Shown: positions 50,321-59,971 of the stretch, piece after piece
Position numbering within the stretch: the stretch's first letter is position 1
How the letters are laid out: every line of letters starts with the position of its first letter
From: Acidobacteriota bacterium
GTDB taxonomy: Bacteria > Acidobacteriota > Vicinamibacteria > Vicinamibacterales > UBA2999
Direction: 5' to 3'
DNA length: 64,000 bases
Assembly: GCA_016213695.1 (NCBI GenBank)
Contig: JACQZV010000002.1
Span: forward strand, 770-64,769
Position numbers and translations under genes: made by a program
Notes under the pieces: model-generated
Told to the model about the DNA's origin: nothing
Database searches by the model: none
The model's input: only the letters and a program-made list of their open reading frames with translations

Positions 50321-51716
50321 GCGGCATCCGCTCCGGCATCTCCGCCACCACGTACGCGATGACGGCGATGGCGGCCGCCGCCCGTGACACTTCCTGCGGC
50401 GCGATGCGCTCGACCGTGTCGGCGGGCGTGTGGTGGATCGCGAAGTACCGCGACGGGTTGCCAAGGTAGGCCATCATCGGCGCGTTGCCCGCCTGCGCAA
50501 TCGGGCCGATGTCGGCGCCGCCCCCGCCGGCGACCAGTTCCGACAACCCGAGCGGTGAGAGCAGCGCCGTCACGTCGCGCATGAGACTGCGCGCGCCGGC
50601 GCTGCCCGAGAAGCCGAGGCTCGCCGGCTCGAAGACCCCCGAGTCCGACTCGAGCGCGAACACATGATCGGCGGCATGCGCGGCGTGCGTGGTGGCGTAC
50701 GCCGTGGCCCCCCGCAGTCCGTTCTCCTCGTTGGTCCACAGGACGATGCGCACGGTGCGCCGGGGACGGATGCCGAGCCTGGCCATCAGCCGCGCGGCTT
50801 CCCACGTGACGATGCAGCCGACGGCGTCGTCGGACGCGCCCGCCCCGACGTCCCAGGAGTCGAGATGGCCGCCGAGCACAACGACCTCGTTGGGCCGCTC
50901 GCGCCCGCGGATCTCGCCGACCACGTTCGCCGACATGGCGTCGGACTCGGTGCGCGCCTCCATCGTGAGCCGGATGCGAACGCGGGTGCCGGCCGCGGTG
51001 AGCCGGACGATCCGATCGGCGTCCTCGGCCGCCACCGATCCGGCCGGAATCGGCGTCACGCCCATGCCGTACTGGACGCTGCCGGTGTGGGGCGTCCGCA
51101 GACCGGTGGGTCCGACGCCGCGCACCAGCGTGGCGACCGCGCCCATCTGCGACGCGACGCGCGCGCTGTTGGTGCGATAGGTGACGGTGTCGCTGTAGGT
51201 CGTGAACGGCGCGTTGAACAGCACGATCCGTCCCTTGACCTCGCTCGCGCGCGCCCGCAGCTCGTCGAACGAGGCCACGGGGACCACGTCCGCCTCGAGG
51301 CCGCCGGCGGGCGTCCCCACCGAGCCGCCGAGGCTGAGAAACGCCAGCGTGTGCTGCGGCGGGTGCACGATGTCGGCGCTCTCGCGCCCGCGCACCCAGC
51401 GCGGCACCATCACCGGTTCGGCGCGCACGTTTTCGAGACCGTCGCGTCGCATCGTCTCGAGCGACCAGCCGACGGCGCGCTGCAGATTGTCAGAACCGCT
51501 CAGCCGGTGCCCGTAGGTGTCGGTGAGCTCGGCCAGCCGCCGCCAGGCGAAGTCGTCTGCGGTGGCGGCTTGCATCAGCCGCGCCGCCGTCTCGCGGTAC
51601 GGGTCGAGCCACGACGAGGGCCGGGGCGGCGATTGGGTGTGGACGGGCGGCGCCAGCAGGATGCCGGCGCAGACCACGACAAGACACAAGGGGGCGGTCC
51701 GCCGCACGAGCGACAT
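50316..51716 (-). CDS. M28 family metallopeptidase, secreted
   Basis: 466 aa with a signal peptide. Contains LDSWDVGAGASDDAVG and WTNEENGLRGA, the M28 Zn-ligand contexts. Confidence 0.8.
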   Translation of the reverse strand: MSLVRRTAPLCLVVVCAGILLAPPVHTQSPPRPSSWLDPYRETAARLMQAATADDFAWRRLAELTDTYGHRLSGSDNLQRAVGWSLETMRRDGLENVRAEPVMVPRWVRGRESADIVHPPQHTLAFLSLGGSVGTPAGGLEADVVPVASFDELRARASEVKGRIVLFNAPFTTYSDTVTYRTNSARVASQMGAVATLVRGVGPTGLRTPHTGSVQYGMGVTPIPAGSVAAEDADRIVRLTAAGTRVRIRLTMEARTESDAMSANVVGEIRGRERPNEVVVLGGHLDSWDVGAGASDDAVGCIVTWEAARLMARLGIRPRRTVRIVLWTNEENGLRGATAYATTHAAHAADHVFALESDSGVFEPASLGFSGSAGARSLMRDVTALLSPLGLSELVAGGGGADIGPIAQAGNAPMMAYLGNPSRYFAIHHTPADTVERIAPQEVSRAAAAIAVIAYVVAEMPERMPR

Positions 51717-51822
51717 CCCTTTACTTTACCGCAGCGTCCATGGACGCCCGGTCAGGGATACGAGCGAGGCGGTATGCCCCCGTCATGCCGGCGGATCTTA
51801 CACCGGCGCCTCAGAAACGCGG

Positions 51823-52989
51823 TCACCGGCTGGACGTCGTGGTCCTCTGGCTCGTGACGAGCTTGACGATGCGCCAGTTGTTCATGTCGGCGACGTACAG
51901 CTCGTTCTCCGACGGACAGGCGAGCCCGTGCGGCCAGTTGAACTGACCGGGCTGCCGCCCCGACTCGCCGTACACCCCGACGATCCTCCCGTCGAGCGTC
52001 ATCTTGTAGAGCCGTCCCGGCTCGGAGTCCATCACGAACAGATACTGCGTCGGCCCGTTCGTCAGGCACATCGTCCAGGGCGCGGTCTCGTCGGGACGAT
52101 TCGCCGGCATGTTGCCGAGCACCGGGTGACGTGCCTTGTCATACGGCACGTTCATGTGAATGAACCGCTGGAACCGCCCTTCGCCGTCGAAGACGTGGAT
52201 GCGCCGGTTGCCGCGATCGCCGGCGTAGATGTTGCCTTGACGGTCGATCTGCATCGTGTGCACGTTCCGGAAGTTCCCCGGATTCAGGTTGGCGTGCTCG
52301 CCGCCCTCGCCGTACTGGCCCCACGTCTTGACCCAGTTGCCGTTCTTGTCGAACTTGGCGATCCGGTTATTGACGTAGCCCTCGCTGATGTAGATGTTGT
52401 CGCTCGCGTCCCAGGCGACGTCGGTCGGCCCGTTGAAGAGGCCGTCGGCGGGCTTCGCTTCGGCGGGCGTCGGCCGCTCCAGTTCCCAGCTGTCGTAGCC
52501 CTCAGGGCGGCGGCCGAGGTTCATCGTGACGTAGCCGGCCGGGTTGAACTTCATCACCGAGTTCGTCCCCTTGTCGACGACCCACAGATTGTCGTACCGG
52601 TCGAACCGCACCGCGTGCGCGTATCCGATCCCGTACACCCCCTGGCCGATCTCCCGGACGAACTTGCCCGTCCGGTCGAACACGAGGAGCTGCGTCGTGG
52701 CATTGCCGTACAGCGGTCCCGAGGTCGCGGTCCCGGGATGGTGGAGCACGACGATCTCCCCTTTCGAGTTGACCGCCACGCCGAGCGTCTCGCCGAGGTT
52801 CATCGTCGGCGGGTACTTCAGAAAGTCGGGCACGACGTCGAGTGGCAGCCGCGGCACGTTCGCGTTGCTGACGGGCGGGGGGGCCTGCGCCTCCACGGGA
52901 CGGGCAAACCCCGTCTCCCGCACCATGAGGAGCAAGAGGAGCAGCGGTCCGCCCACGAGCGCCGTCAGAAGAATGAAAGTCCGTCGCAC
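51823..52989 (-). CDS. NHL-repeat six-bladed beta-propeller protein (peptidylglycine amidating-lyase-like)
   Basis: GTG start at 52989 follows AAGGAGGG. An N-terminal TM/signal segment is present. It has repeated blades of the form VA.D..GN.YV.D..N.RI..F (for example NIYAGDRGNRRIHVFD and ELYVADMNNWRIVKL). Confidence 0.75.
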   Translation of the reverse strand: MRRTFILLTALVGGPLLLLLLMVRETGFARPVEAQAPPPVSNANVPRLPLDVVPDFLKYPPTMNLGETLGVAVNSKGEIVVLHHPGTATSGPLYGNATTQLLVFDRTGKFVREIGQGVYGIGYAHAVRFDRYDNLWVVDKGTNSVMKFNPAGYVTMNLGRRPEGYDSWELERPTPAEAKPADGLFNGPTDVAWDASDNIYISEGYVNNRIAKFDKNGNWVKTWGQYGEGGEHANLNPGNFRNVHTMQIDRQGNIYAGDRGNRRIHVFDGEGRFQRFIHMNVPYDKARHPVLGNMPANRPDETAPWTMCLTNGPTQYLFVMDSEPGRLYKMTLDGRIVGVYGESGRQPGQFNWPHGLACPSENELYVADMNNWRIVKLVTSQRTTTSSR

Positions 52990-53157
52990 AGAACCCTCCT
53001 TGTCGAACTCAAGCACGGGCAGGTATACCACGAGATCGCAGGAGCTCACGCGCAACCCAGGTGAGTCTCCGTTGCAGGTGGAACCTCGCCCTTGACGCCC
53101 TCCCGACGCCGGATCACAATGGCGGCGCTTTCACCACGATGCGTCCATGGAGGCCCC

Positions 53158-54006
53158 ATGAAATCCCGGCTCACCGTTGTGGCGGTCATCGTCGCCGCCT
53201 TCTCGACATCGCTCTCCGCGCAGTGGCCGAGGCGTCCGCTGCCCGGGGTGCCGAAAGGGTCTGACGGCAAGGTGAATGTCACCGCGCCCGCGCCGCGAGC
53301 CTCCAACGGCAGGCCGGACCTCTCGGGCATCTGGGAGGTCTCGCCGCGCAGGGAGAAGCCGGGCAGCGCGCCGCCGGGACGTCCGCCGCTGGCCGTGTTC
53401 GCGGACATCGGGGTCAACATGATCGGGGGGCTGCCGTTTCAGCCATGGGCGGCCGATCTCTCGAAGAAACGCGTCGCGAACCAGCGGTACGACAACCCGG
53501 ACGCGCTGTGCCTCCCGCAGGGCCCGCTGCAATACCATCTGGATCCGCAGCCGCGGCAGATCTTTCAGCTGCCGGGAAGAACGCTCATCGTCTACGAGTC
53601 AAACTACGGCCTGCGCACCATCCACACCGACGGGCGGCCTCTGCCGCCTCTCGGCGAGCCGCAGCCCTACTGGCACGGGTACTCCATCGGGCGCTGGGAG
53701 GGCGACACGTTCGTCGTGGAGTCCAATAACTTCCGTGGCGTCCAGGGCGGCAACCCGTCCGACGCCTGGCTCGACCAGATGGGCAGCCCGTTCACCGACG
53801 CCTTGCGGCTCACCGAGCGGTTCCGCCGCGTCAATTTCGGCAACCTGGAGATCGACGTCACGGTCGACGATCCGAAGGCCTACACGAAGCCGTTTACCGT
53901 CAGAGTCGAGCAGGTGATTGTGGCCGACGGCTGGGAGATGACCGAGTTCATCTGCCACGAGAACCAGAAGTTCCTCGAGATGACGGGGCGCGCACCACAG
54001 CGATAG
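53158..54006 (+). CDS. secreted protein of unknown function (paralog family with 55675-56574)
   Basis: 282 aa with a GGAGG Shine-Dalgarno and signal peptide VVAVIVAAFSTSLSAQ. The conserved core is C.P.G.P...R.IHTDGRP...GYSIGRWEGDTFVVES. Confidence 0.6.
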   Translation: MKSRLTVVAVIVAAFSTSLSAQWPRRPLPGVPKGSDGKVNVTAPAPRASNGRPDLSGIWEVSPRREKPGSAPPGRPPLAVFADIGVNMIGGLPFQPWAADLSKKRVANQRYDNPDALCLPQGPLQYHLDPQPRQIFQLPGRTLIVYESNYGLRTIHTDGRPLPPLGEPQPYWHGYSIGRWEGDTFVVESNNFRGVQGGNPSDAWLDQMGSPFTDALRLTERFRRVNFGNLEIDVTVDDPKAYTKPFTVRVEQVIVADGWEMTEFICHENQKFLEMTGRAPQR

Positions 54007-54012
54007 ATCGCG

Positions 54013-54064
54013 CAGTTATCAGTTGTCAGCGGCGTTCTTACTGATAACTGACAACTGACAACTG
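54013..54064. terminator. hairpin between convergent genes built from TGA(C/T)AAC heptamer repeats
   Basis: CAGTTATCAGTTGTCAG pairs with CTGACAACTGACAACTG (16 of 17 complementary). An alternative register exists because the arms are repeats. Confidence 0.45.
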
Positions 54065-55594
54065 CTATCGCGTCGACGTCCCGCCCGACTCCGGAACCAG
54101 CATCCGGACCGTGCCGTCCTGCCTCGATGTGACGAAGATCTCGCCGTCGCGGCTGCGGCCGAGATGCAGATCGGCGCGCGTGACGGTGGCGCCCAGCGTC
54201 TTCTCGATGAGCTCCCGCAGCGTGACGTACGTCCGCTGCCCGTTCGCGCCGCGCACGTAGAGCTGGATCTCCTCGATCGGCGCCACCGTCTGCGGGATGC
54301 CGTCGTCGGCCTTCTTCATCGCGGCGACGTCGGCGGCAAAGAGCCGCCCGCGCACGATGTCGCCGAACACGAATTTGCCGCGCAGCGCGGCGATGCGGCC
54401 GTGGTACGTGAAGCCATCCGTGACGGCCTGGCCTTCGCTGTGGTCGTACATCGCCACCGGGTAGGTGAAGCCGTCCTTGACCTTGCCCGTCAGGATCTCC
54501 ATCGGCAGCGGGTAGAGCTGCGCGAGATTCCCGCCCGGCCGCGTCACGCCGTTCTCGAAGAGGCCCTCGCGCTTCATCCAGCCGTAGTTCTCGCCGTTGC
54601 GGATGATGTTGATCTCCTCGATGTTGTTCATCCCGATGTCGGAGCCGAACATCGTCCCGTCGGTCATGTCCCAGGAGATCCGGTGGGTGTTGCGGAAGCC
54701 GTATGCGTAGATCTCGCCGAACGTCTTCGGATCGCCGTCGGCGGCGAACTTGTTGCCGGGCGGAATCGTGTAGTCGCCGAGCCCTTTCATGCCGCCCGAC
54801 ACCGAGGGGCTGCGTGGATCGATCCGAAGGACCGCGCTGATGAGCGTGTCGAGCCGCTGCGCTTGCGCCGGGTTGCTCGAGCGCGGCCCGCCGCCGTTGC
54901 TGAATCCGGTGTCGCTGCCGCTCGTGTAGAGCAGCCCGTAATCGGGCGAGCCCGGCTTCGCCGTCGGGTTGAACTCGACCGCGCCGAACGGGTGCGTCAG
55001 GTTGGCCACGATGTGCGCGATGCGCAGCAGCTCGCGCCGTGTGCCCTGGAACGTGCTCGCCGCCGGGTTGCTGGTGTGCCATTCGGTGATCACGTTGTGA
55101 TACGTGATGTCCGCTTCGGTGAACGTCGGCGGGATGAAGTTGACCCGCGCCGGGTTACCCATCACGCGCTCGCTGTGCACGGTATAGATGAGACCGTTCT
55201 TCGCAAACTCCGGGTGGAACGTGAAGCCGATGAAGCCGCTCTCCAGCCGGTTGTAGATGGCGTAGGGAACCTCCTTGTAGAAGTCCCAGTACACGGCCGG
55301 CTGGTTGTTCCGGTCGAGCAGGTACAGCACGCCGCGCGAGTCGTTGACGAAGCGGCGGCCGTCCGGCAGGTCGCGGACGAAGCTGACACGCGCGTAGCCC
55401 GACTGCGCCACGTCCTGGTCGGCCGGGCGGATCCCGCGCGAGTCGGGCAGCCGGACGAGATCCCGGATTTCCACGGCCAGCCCGCGCTTCTCAACCGGGT
55501 CCGGCAGCGGATTGCTGGTGATCTGCGCCTGGATGGCGCCGGCGGCGCCGAGCGCGAGAGACAGAACGGTGACGAGCAGGATTCGGATGCGCAT
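54065..55594 (-). CDS. PQQ-dependent sugar dehydrogenase-like beta-propeller protein, secreted
   Basis: 509 aa with a signal peptide. Contains YAYGFRNTHRISWD and NNIEEINIIRNGENYGWMKREG, resembling the sGDH-family G(F/L)RNP and EIN.I..G.NYGWP motifs. Confidence 0.75.
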   Translation of the reverse strand: MRIRILLVTVLSLALGAAGAIQAQITSNPLPDPVEKRGLAVEIRDLVRLPDSRGIRPADQDVAQSGYARVSFVRDLPDGRRFVNDSRGVLYLLDRNNQPAVYWDFYKEVPYAIYNRLESGFIGFTFHPEFAKNGLIYTVHSERVMGNPARVNFIPPTFTEADITYHNVITEWHTSNPAASTFQGTRRELLRIAHIVANLTHPFGAVEFNPTAKPGSPDYGLLYTSGSDTGFSNGGGPRSSNPAQAQRLDTLISAVLRIDPRSPSVSGGMKGLGDYTIPPGNKFAADGDPKTFGEIYAYGFRNTHRISWDMTDGTMFGSDIGMNNIEEINIIRNGENYGWMKREGLFENGVTRPGGNLAQLYPLPMEILTGKVKDGFTYPVAMYDHSEGQAVTDGFTYHGRIAALRGKFVFGDIVRGRLFAADVAAMKKADDGIPQTVAPIEEIQLYVRGANGQRTYVTLRELIEKTLGATVTRADLHLGRSRDGEIFVTSRQDGTVRMLVPESGGTSTR

Positions 55595-55654
55595 GGCTTT
55601 CTCCCGTAAGGTGGCGAACCGGCCGCATTATGGCTCCACCTGCCCCGAATTGCC

Positions 55655-55660
55655 TATAAT
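55655..55660 (+). promoter_or_regulatory. consensus -10 box TATAAT upstream of the 55675 gene
   Basis: The sequence reads CCTATAATCCCGGCGAGGTCATATG. The same CCTATAATCC context occurs at 31340. Confidence 0.3.
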
Positions 55661-55674
55661 CCCGGCGAGGTCAT

Positions 55675-56574
55675 ATGAAAGTTGGTATCGCGTTCATCGC
55701 GGCGTGCACCGTCGCGTCGCTGGCCGCCACGGCGCAGGAGCGCGCTCCGCAGCCGGCGGCGGAATGGCAGCGCAAGTACCAGATGGGTGTCGCGCACCGC
55801 ACGGCCTGGGACCTCTATCAGGATCTGAAGGCGGCGGCGCACGGCGGCCGGCAGAATCCGACGTTCGCGCAGCTGCCCGACTGGTCGGGGCTCTGGACCG
55901 CCTCGGGCGGCGGCGACTTCTTCACACCGGGTCCGGGCGGCGTCGCCCCGAAGCTGAGGCCCGCCGCCGCGGCCACGCTCAAGGAAGGCCGGGATCTCGC
56001 CGCCAGAGGCATCGTCTACGACGAGAACCTGAGCGACTGCGGGCCTCCGGGCTTTCCGCGCTGGCTCGTCATCCCGTTTCTGCGCGAGTTCATCGTCCGT
56101 CCCGAGCAGACGTGGCTCTCCTCGGAGACAGTGAACAATGTCCGGCGCATCTACACCGACGGCCGCGATCACCTCTCGCCGGCCGATCGCTTCCCCACCT
56201 ACTACGGCGACTCGATCGGCTTCTGGGACGGCCCGAAGCTGGTCGTTCACACCACGTCGCTGATGGATCGCTCGATGGGGCGCAGCCAGCCCCGCCAGAG
56301 CGAGCAGATGGAAACCGTCGAGGTGTGGGAAAAGATCGACGCCAGGACGATCGTGGCGGACGCCTGGATCTACGATCCCACGCTGTACGTCGAGCCGTGG
56401 CACCTGCAGCGGCGCTACGCGCAGATGCCCAATGCGGACAAGGTCCTGCGGCTGAACTACTGGAACTGCAACGAGAATCCCAACAACGACGTCTACAAGA
56501 CACCTGACGGCAACACGCAGTATCGCGACTTCACGTTCACGACGGGCGACGATCGCAAGGAGCAGGGCCGATGA
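55675..56574 (+). CDS. secreted protein of unknown function (paralog family with 53158-54006)
   Basis: 299 aa with signal peptide AFIAACTVASLAATAQ. The core is C.PPGFP...RRIYTDGRDH...GDSIGFWDGPKLVVHT. Confidence 0.6.
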   Translation: MKVGIAFIAACTVASLAATAQERAPQPAAEWQRKYQMGVAHRTAWDLYQDLKAAAHGGRQNPTFAQLPDWSGLWTASGGGDFFTPGPGGVAPKLRPAAAATLKEGRDLAARGIVYDENLSDCGPPGFPRWLVIPFLREFIVRPEQTWLSSETVNNVRRIYTDGRDHLSPADRFPTYYGDSIGFWDGPKLVVHTTSLMDRSMGRSQPRQSEQMETVEVWEKIDARTIVADAWIYDPTLYVEPWHLQRRYAQMPNADKVLRLNYWNCNENPNNDVYKTPDGNTQYRDFTFTTGDDRKEQGR

Positions 56575-56972
56575 CGAAAGTGCTACGGATCGCCGTACTG
56601 GCCGCCGCGGCGTGCGGGGGGATCGCCCCGCCGGCCGCCGCGCATCATTCGTCGACGATGTTCGACGGCACCAAACAGGTCACGATGGAAGGCGTGGTGA
56701 AGGAATTCCAGTTCACGAACCCGCACTCGTGGCTGCTCGTGGACGTCACCAACCCGGACGGCACCGTCACGACCTGGGGATTTGAAGCCGAAGGGCCGAC
56801 CGCGCTCATGCAGGCGGGCATCCGCCGGAACGCGCTCGCTCCCGGCGCCAAGATCACGATCACCGGCTTTCCGATGCGGGACGGCCGCCCCGCCGCGGCG
56901 TGGACCAAGGCGGTGCGCGCCACCGACGGCGTGGAGTTCTATCCGAGAGGCAAGAATCCGAAGCTGAATTAG
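56571..56972 (+). CDS. small secreted protein, DUF6152-like
   Basis: 133 aa. The signal peptide is followed by AAHHSSTMFD and EFQFTNPHSWL. The ATGA overlap indicates translational coupling to the upstream gene. Confidence 0.6.
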   Translation: MTKVLRIAVLAAAACGGIAPPAAAHHSSTMFDGTKQVTMEGVVKEFQFTNPHSWLLVDVTNPDGTVTTWGFEAEGPTALMQAGIRRNALAPGAKITITGFPMRDGRPAAAWTKAVRATDGVEFYPRGKNPKLN

Positions 56973-57232
56973 TCTTTGGTCTTTGGTCTTTGGTCTTTGG
57001 TCTGACCTGGCCCGCCGTTTGCGCTTCAGCAGACGGGAGGGTTACATGGCGACAGACCACCGACGGTACCGCTCGCATCAGAACTGGGTTACTTCCGCAA
57101 CGGGTGCGGCGACTTGCTGCTGCGCGAGTACGCGCACCTGATTCCACAACTCGAAGCGCTGGTCCAGAAGATGCGGGTACTCGGCCGATCCAAAGACTAA
57201 AGACTAAAGACTAAAGACCAAAGACCAGAGAC
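56970..57232. repeat. long inverted repeat of GTCTTTG/GTCTTTA heptamer arrays enclosing a ~185-nt insert (IVS-like element)
   Basis: The left arm (56970-57004) is TAGTCTTTGGTCTTTGGTCTTTGGTCTTTGGTCTG. The right arm (57190-57232) is CCAAAGACTAAAGACTAAAGACTAAAGACCAAAGACCAGAGAC. The arms are mostly complementary over about 35 nt. Confidence 0.65.
57069..57200 (+). pseudogene. possible C-terminal remnant of a four-helix-bundle (23S rRNA intervening-sequence protein-like) gene
   Basis: One frame reads PLASELGYFRNGCGDLLLREYAHLIPQLEALVQKMRVLGRSKD*. The LA.ELGY motif plus a heptad-like C-terminal helix resemble that family. There is no start codon and no N-terminal half. Confidence 0.3.
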
Positions 57233-57234
57233 GA

Positions 57235-57690
57235 CTATCGCTCCACCACCCGCGTGCTCTGGCTCGAGACGCACTGCCACCGGTTGTCGCGAAGCACCCA
57301 CACGTCCGTATAGCGGAGCGTCAACGGCGCGCGCTGCCCCTGGCGAATACCGGTCACGTTCAGCGTGAACCACACGACCGCGGTGTCGCGGTAGACCTTC
57401 ACCACGAAGTCGTCCTGGACGGCCGACTCCACCTGCTGATTGAAGTCCCGCGCGAGGGCCAGTTCCTTCGCCCTGTCCCCGCGCGTGCCGTCGTCGTAGG
57501 TGGCGACGAATTCGTCAGCCAGGAGAGTCTCGATGAAGGCGAGATCCTTGTGGTAGAACGCCTCGTTCCAGCCCCGCTCGAGGCGGATGAGCGTGTCCTG
57601 ATCGGATTCGACCGCCACCCGCTGCGAGGCGCCCACCGGAGCGGCGCAGACGAGCAGGAGCGCGCACGGCAGCAGGCGGCGTAGTTGCAT
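57235..57690 (-). CDS. NTF2-like (DUF4440/SnoaL-like) secreted protein
   Basis: 151 aa with signal peptide LLPCALLLVCAAPVGAS. The pattern LERGWNEAFYHKDLAFIETLLADEFV...WVLRDNRWQ is typical of DUF4440-type NTF2 folds. Confidence 0.7.
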   Translation of the reverse strand: MQLRRLLPCALLLVCAAPVGASQRVAVESDQDTLIRLERGWNEAFYHKDLAFIETLLADEFVATYDDGTRGDRAKELALARDFNQQVESAVQDDFVVKVYRDTAVVWFTLNVTGIRQGQRAPLTLRYTDVWVLRDNRWQCVSSQSTRVVER

Positions 57691-57748
57691 GCGCGACAGT
57701 GTACGCCGGGTCTGCCACGCCTGGCTCACTTGCGCGGCGAGACCCGGT

Positions 57749-59239
57749 CTACTCGTCCGGTTCGAACGCGAGCACCGGCGGCGCCTCGCCGGGCAGCCCC
57801 AGCTCGCTCCAGCGCGCGGCCACCGTCTCGTAGACCCTCTTGCGAAGCATCGTCCGCTTTGAGAACGACGACAGGTGCCGGTAGTCCCTGCACGCATTGA
57901 TCAGGGCCTTGGAGCCGAAGAGCCGCTTCTCGGGCGGGTTCTGCGCCGGGTCGAGCGTCGTGCTCCACGTGTTCCGCAGCAGCTCGACGGCGTCGGCCGG
58001 GTTGGCGCGCGTCGACATCGCCCAGATCACCTGATCCATGTCGGTCGGATCGACGTCGTCATCGACCGCGATGATCCATTTCGTGAAGTACGCGCCGCCC
58101 GGCACCTGCGCGCCGAGCGCGAGCACCTGCGCCGCGTGGCCCGGGTAGCGCTGCTCGAGGCTGATTACCGTCATCCCGAACCCGCCGGCGGCGGCCGGAT
58201 GTGAATACACGCCTTTGACGCCCGGCACCCCGAGCTTTTCGAGGTCGTCCCAGATGCGCGCCGCGCGCAGCACCGCGAAGAATCCGCTCTGCTCGCACGA
58301 CGGGTAGTCGGCCATCAGCGCGTTGGTGAGGATCGGGTTCGAGCGGTAGTGCAGCGCCGTCACCTGCACCAGCGGCGCGCGCCCCTCGGGGCGCCCGTAG
58401 TAGCCGGTGAACTCGCCGAAGGGACCTTCCGGCCTGACCGAATTCGGCGGGATGATCCCTTCGATGACGATCTCCGCCGTGGCCGGCAGCAGCAGGTCGG
58501 TCGTCGTCCCGCGGACGACCGCGATCGGTTCGCCCTTCACGCCGCCGGCGTACTCGTACTCCGAGATGTCCTTCGGGAACTTCTGCGACCCGACGAGCAT
58601 CAGGAGCGGGTCGATGCCCCAGGCGGCCGCCACCTGAATCGGCTCGCCCTTCTGCCACGCGCGCGTGATGTGCAGCAGCGCGTCCTTGCCCGGCGACAGA
58701 TACAGCCCGACTTCGGCCGGGCCCTGCACCATCATGCGGTAGGTGCCGACGTTGAGATAGCCGTTGTCGGGGTCGCGCGTGATGACGGCGTCCGCCGTGC
58801 CCGCGTAGCGCCCGCCGTCGAGCGGCCAGTGCTTCGGAATGGGCAGGCGCGTCAGGTCGATGTCCTTGGCCGTCAGCGTGTGCTCGTAGACAGGCGCGGC
58901 GGAGCGCGGGACTTCCCGCGGCGGAATTCGCGTCTTGAACTTCTCCTTCACGCGGCGAATCAGCTCGACAGTGGGCGTGTCGGCCGGCTCCTCGAGGCTG
59001 AGCGCCGTCCGCCTCAGGCTCGGCCCGAGGATGTTCCAGAGCAGGCGGATGCCGATCGGATCGTGCTCGAAGCCGCGCGCGCGCTCGAAGAGGACCGCGG
59101 GAGACGGACGCCGCTTGGCCAGCAGGTACGTCACCGCGCTCATTTCCTCATCAGGATCCACTGCCCCGCTCACGCGGACCAGTTCTCCGATACCCTCGAC
59201 GCGCGCGAGCCAGTCGCGCAGATCCTGAATCGGTGCCAT
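57749..59239 (-). CDS. UbiD family (prFMN-dependent) decarboxylase
   Basis: 496 aa. Contains DLRDWLARVEGIGEL, NVGTYRMMV, GGxxxEP-like GVKGEPIAV, and PFGEFTGYY. Confidence 0.9.
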   Translation of the reverse strand: MAPIQDLRDWLARVEGIGELVRVSGAVDPDEEMSAVTYLLAKRRPSPAVLFERARGFEHDPIGIRLLWNILGPSLRRTALSLEEPADTPTVELIRRVKEKFKTRIPPREVPRSAAPVYEHTLTAKDIDLTRLPIPKHWPLDGGRYAGTADAVITRDPDNGYLNVGTYRMMVQGPAEVGLYLSPGKDALLHITRAWQKGEPIQVAAAWGIDPLLMLVGSQKFPKDISEYEYAGGVKGEPIAVVRGTTTDLLLPATAEIVIEGIIPPNSVRPEGPFGEFTGYYGRPEGRAPLVQVTALHYRSNPILTNALMADYPSCEQSGFFAVLRAARIWDDLEKLGVPGVKGVYSHPAAAGGFGMTVISLEQRYPGHAAQVLALGAQVPGGAYFTKWIIAVDDDVDPTDMDQVIWAMSTRANPADAVELLRNTWSTTLDPAQNPPEKRLFGSKALINACRDYRHLSSFSKRTMLRKRVYETVAARWSELGLPGEAPPVLAFEPDE

Positions 59240-59242
59240 GGT

Positions 59243-59963
<721 letters not shown>

Positions 59964-59971
<8 letters not shown>

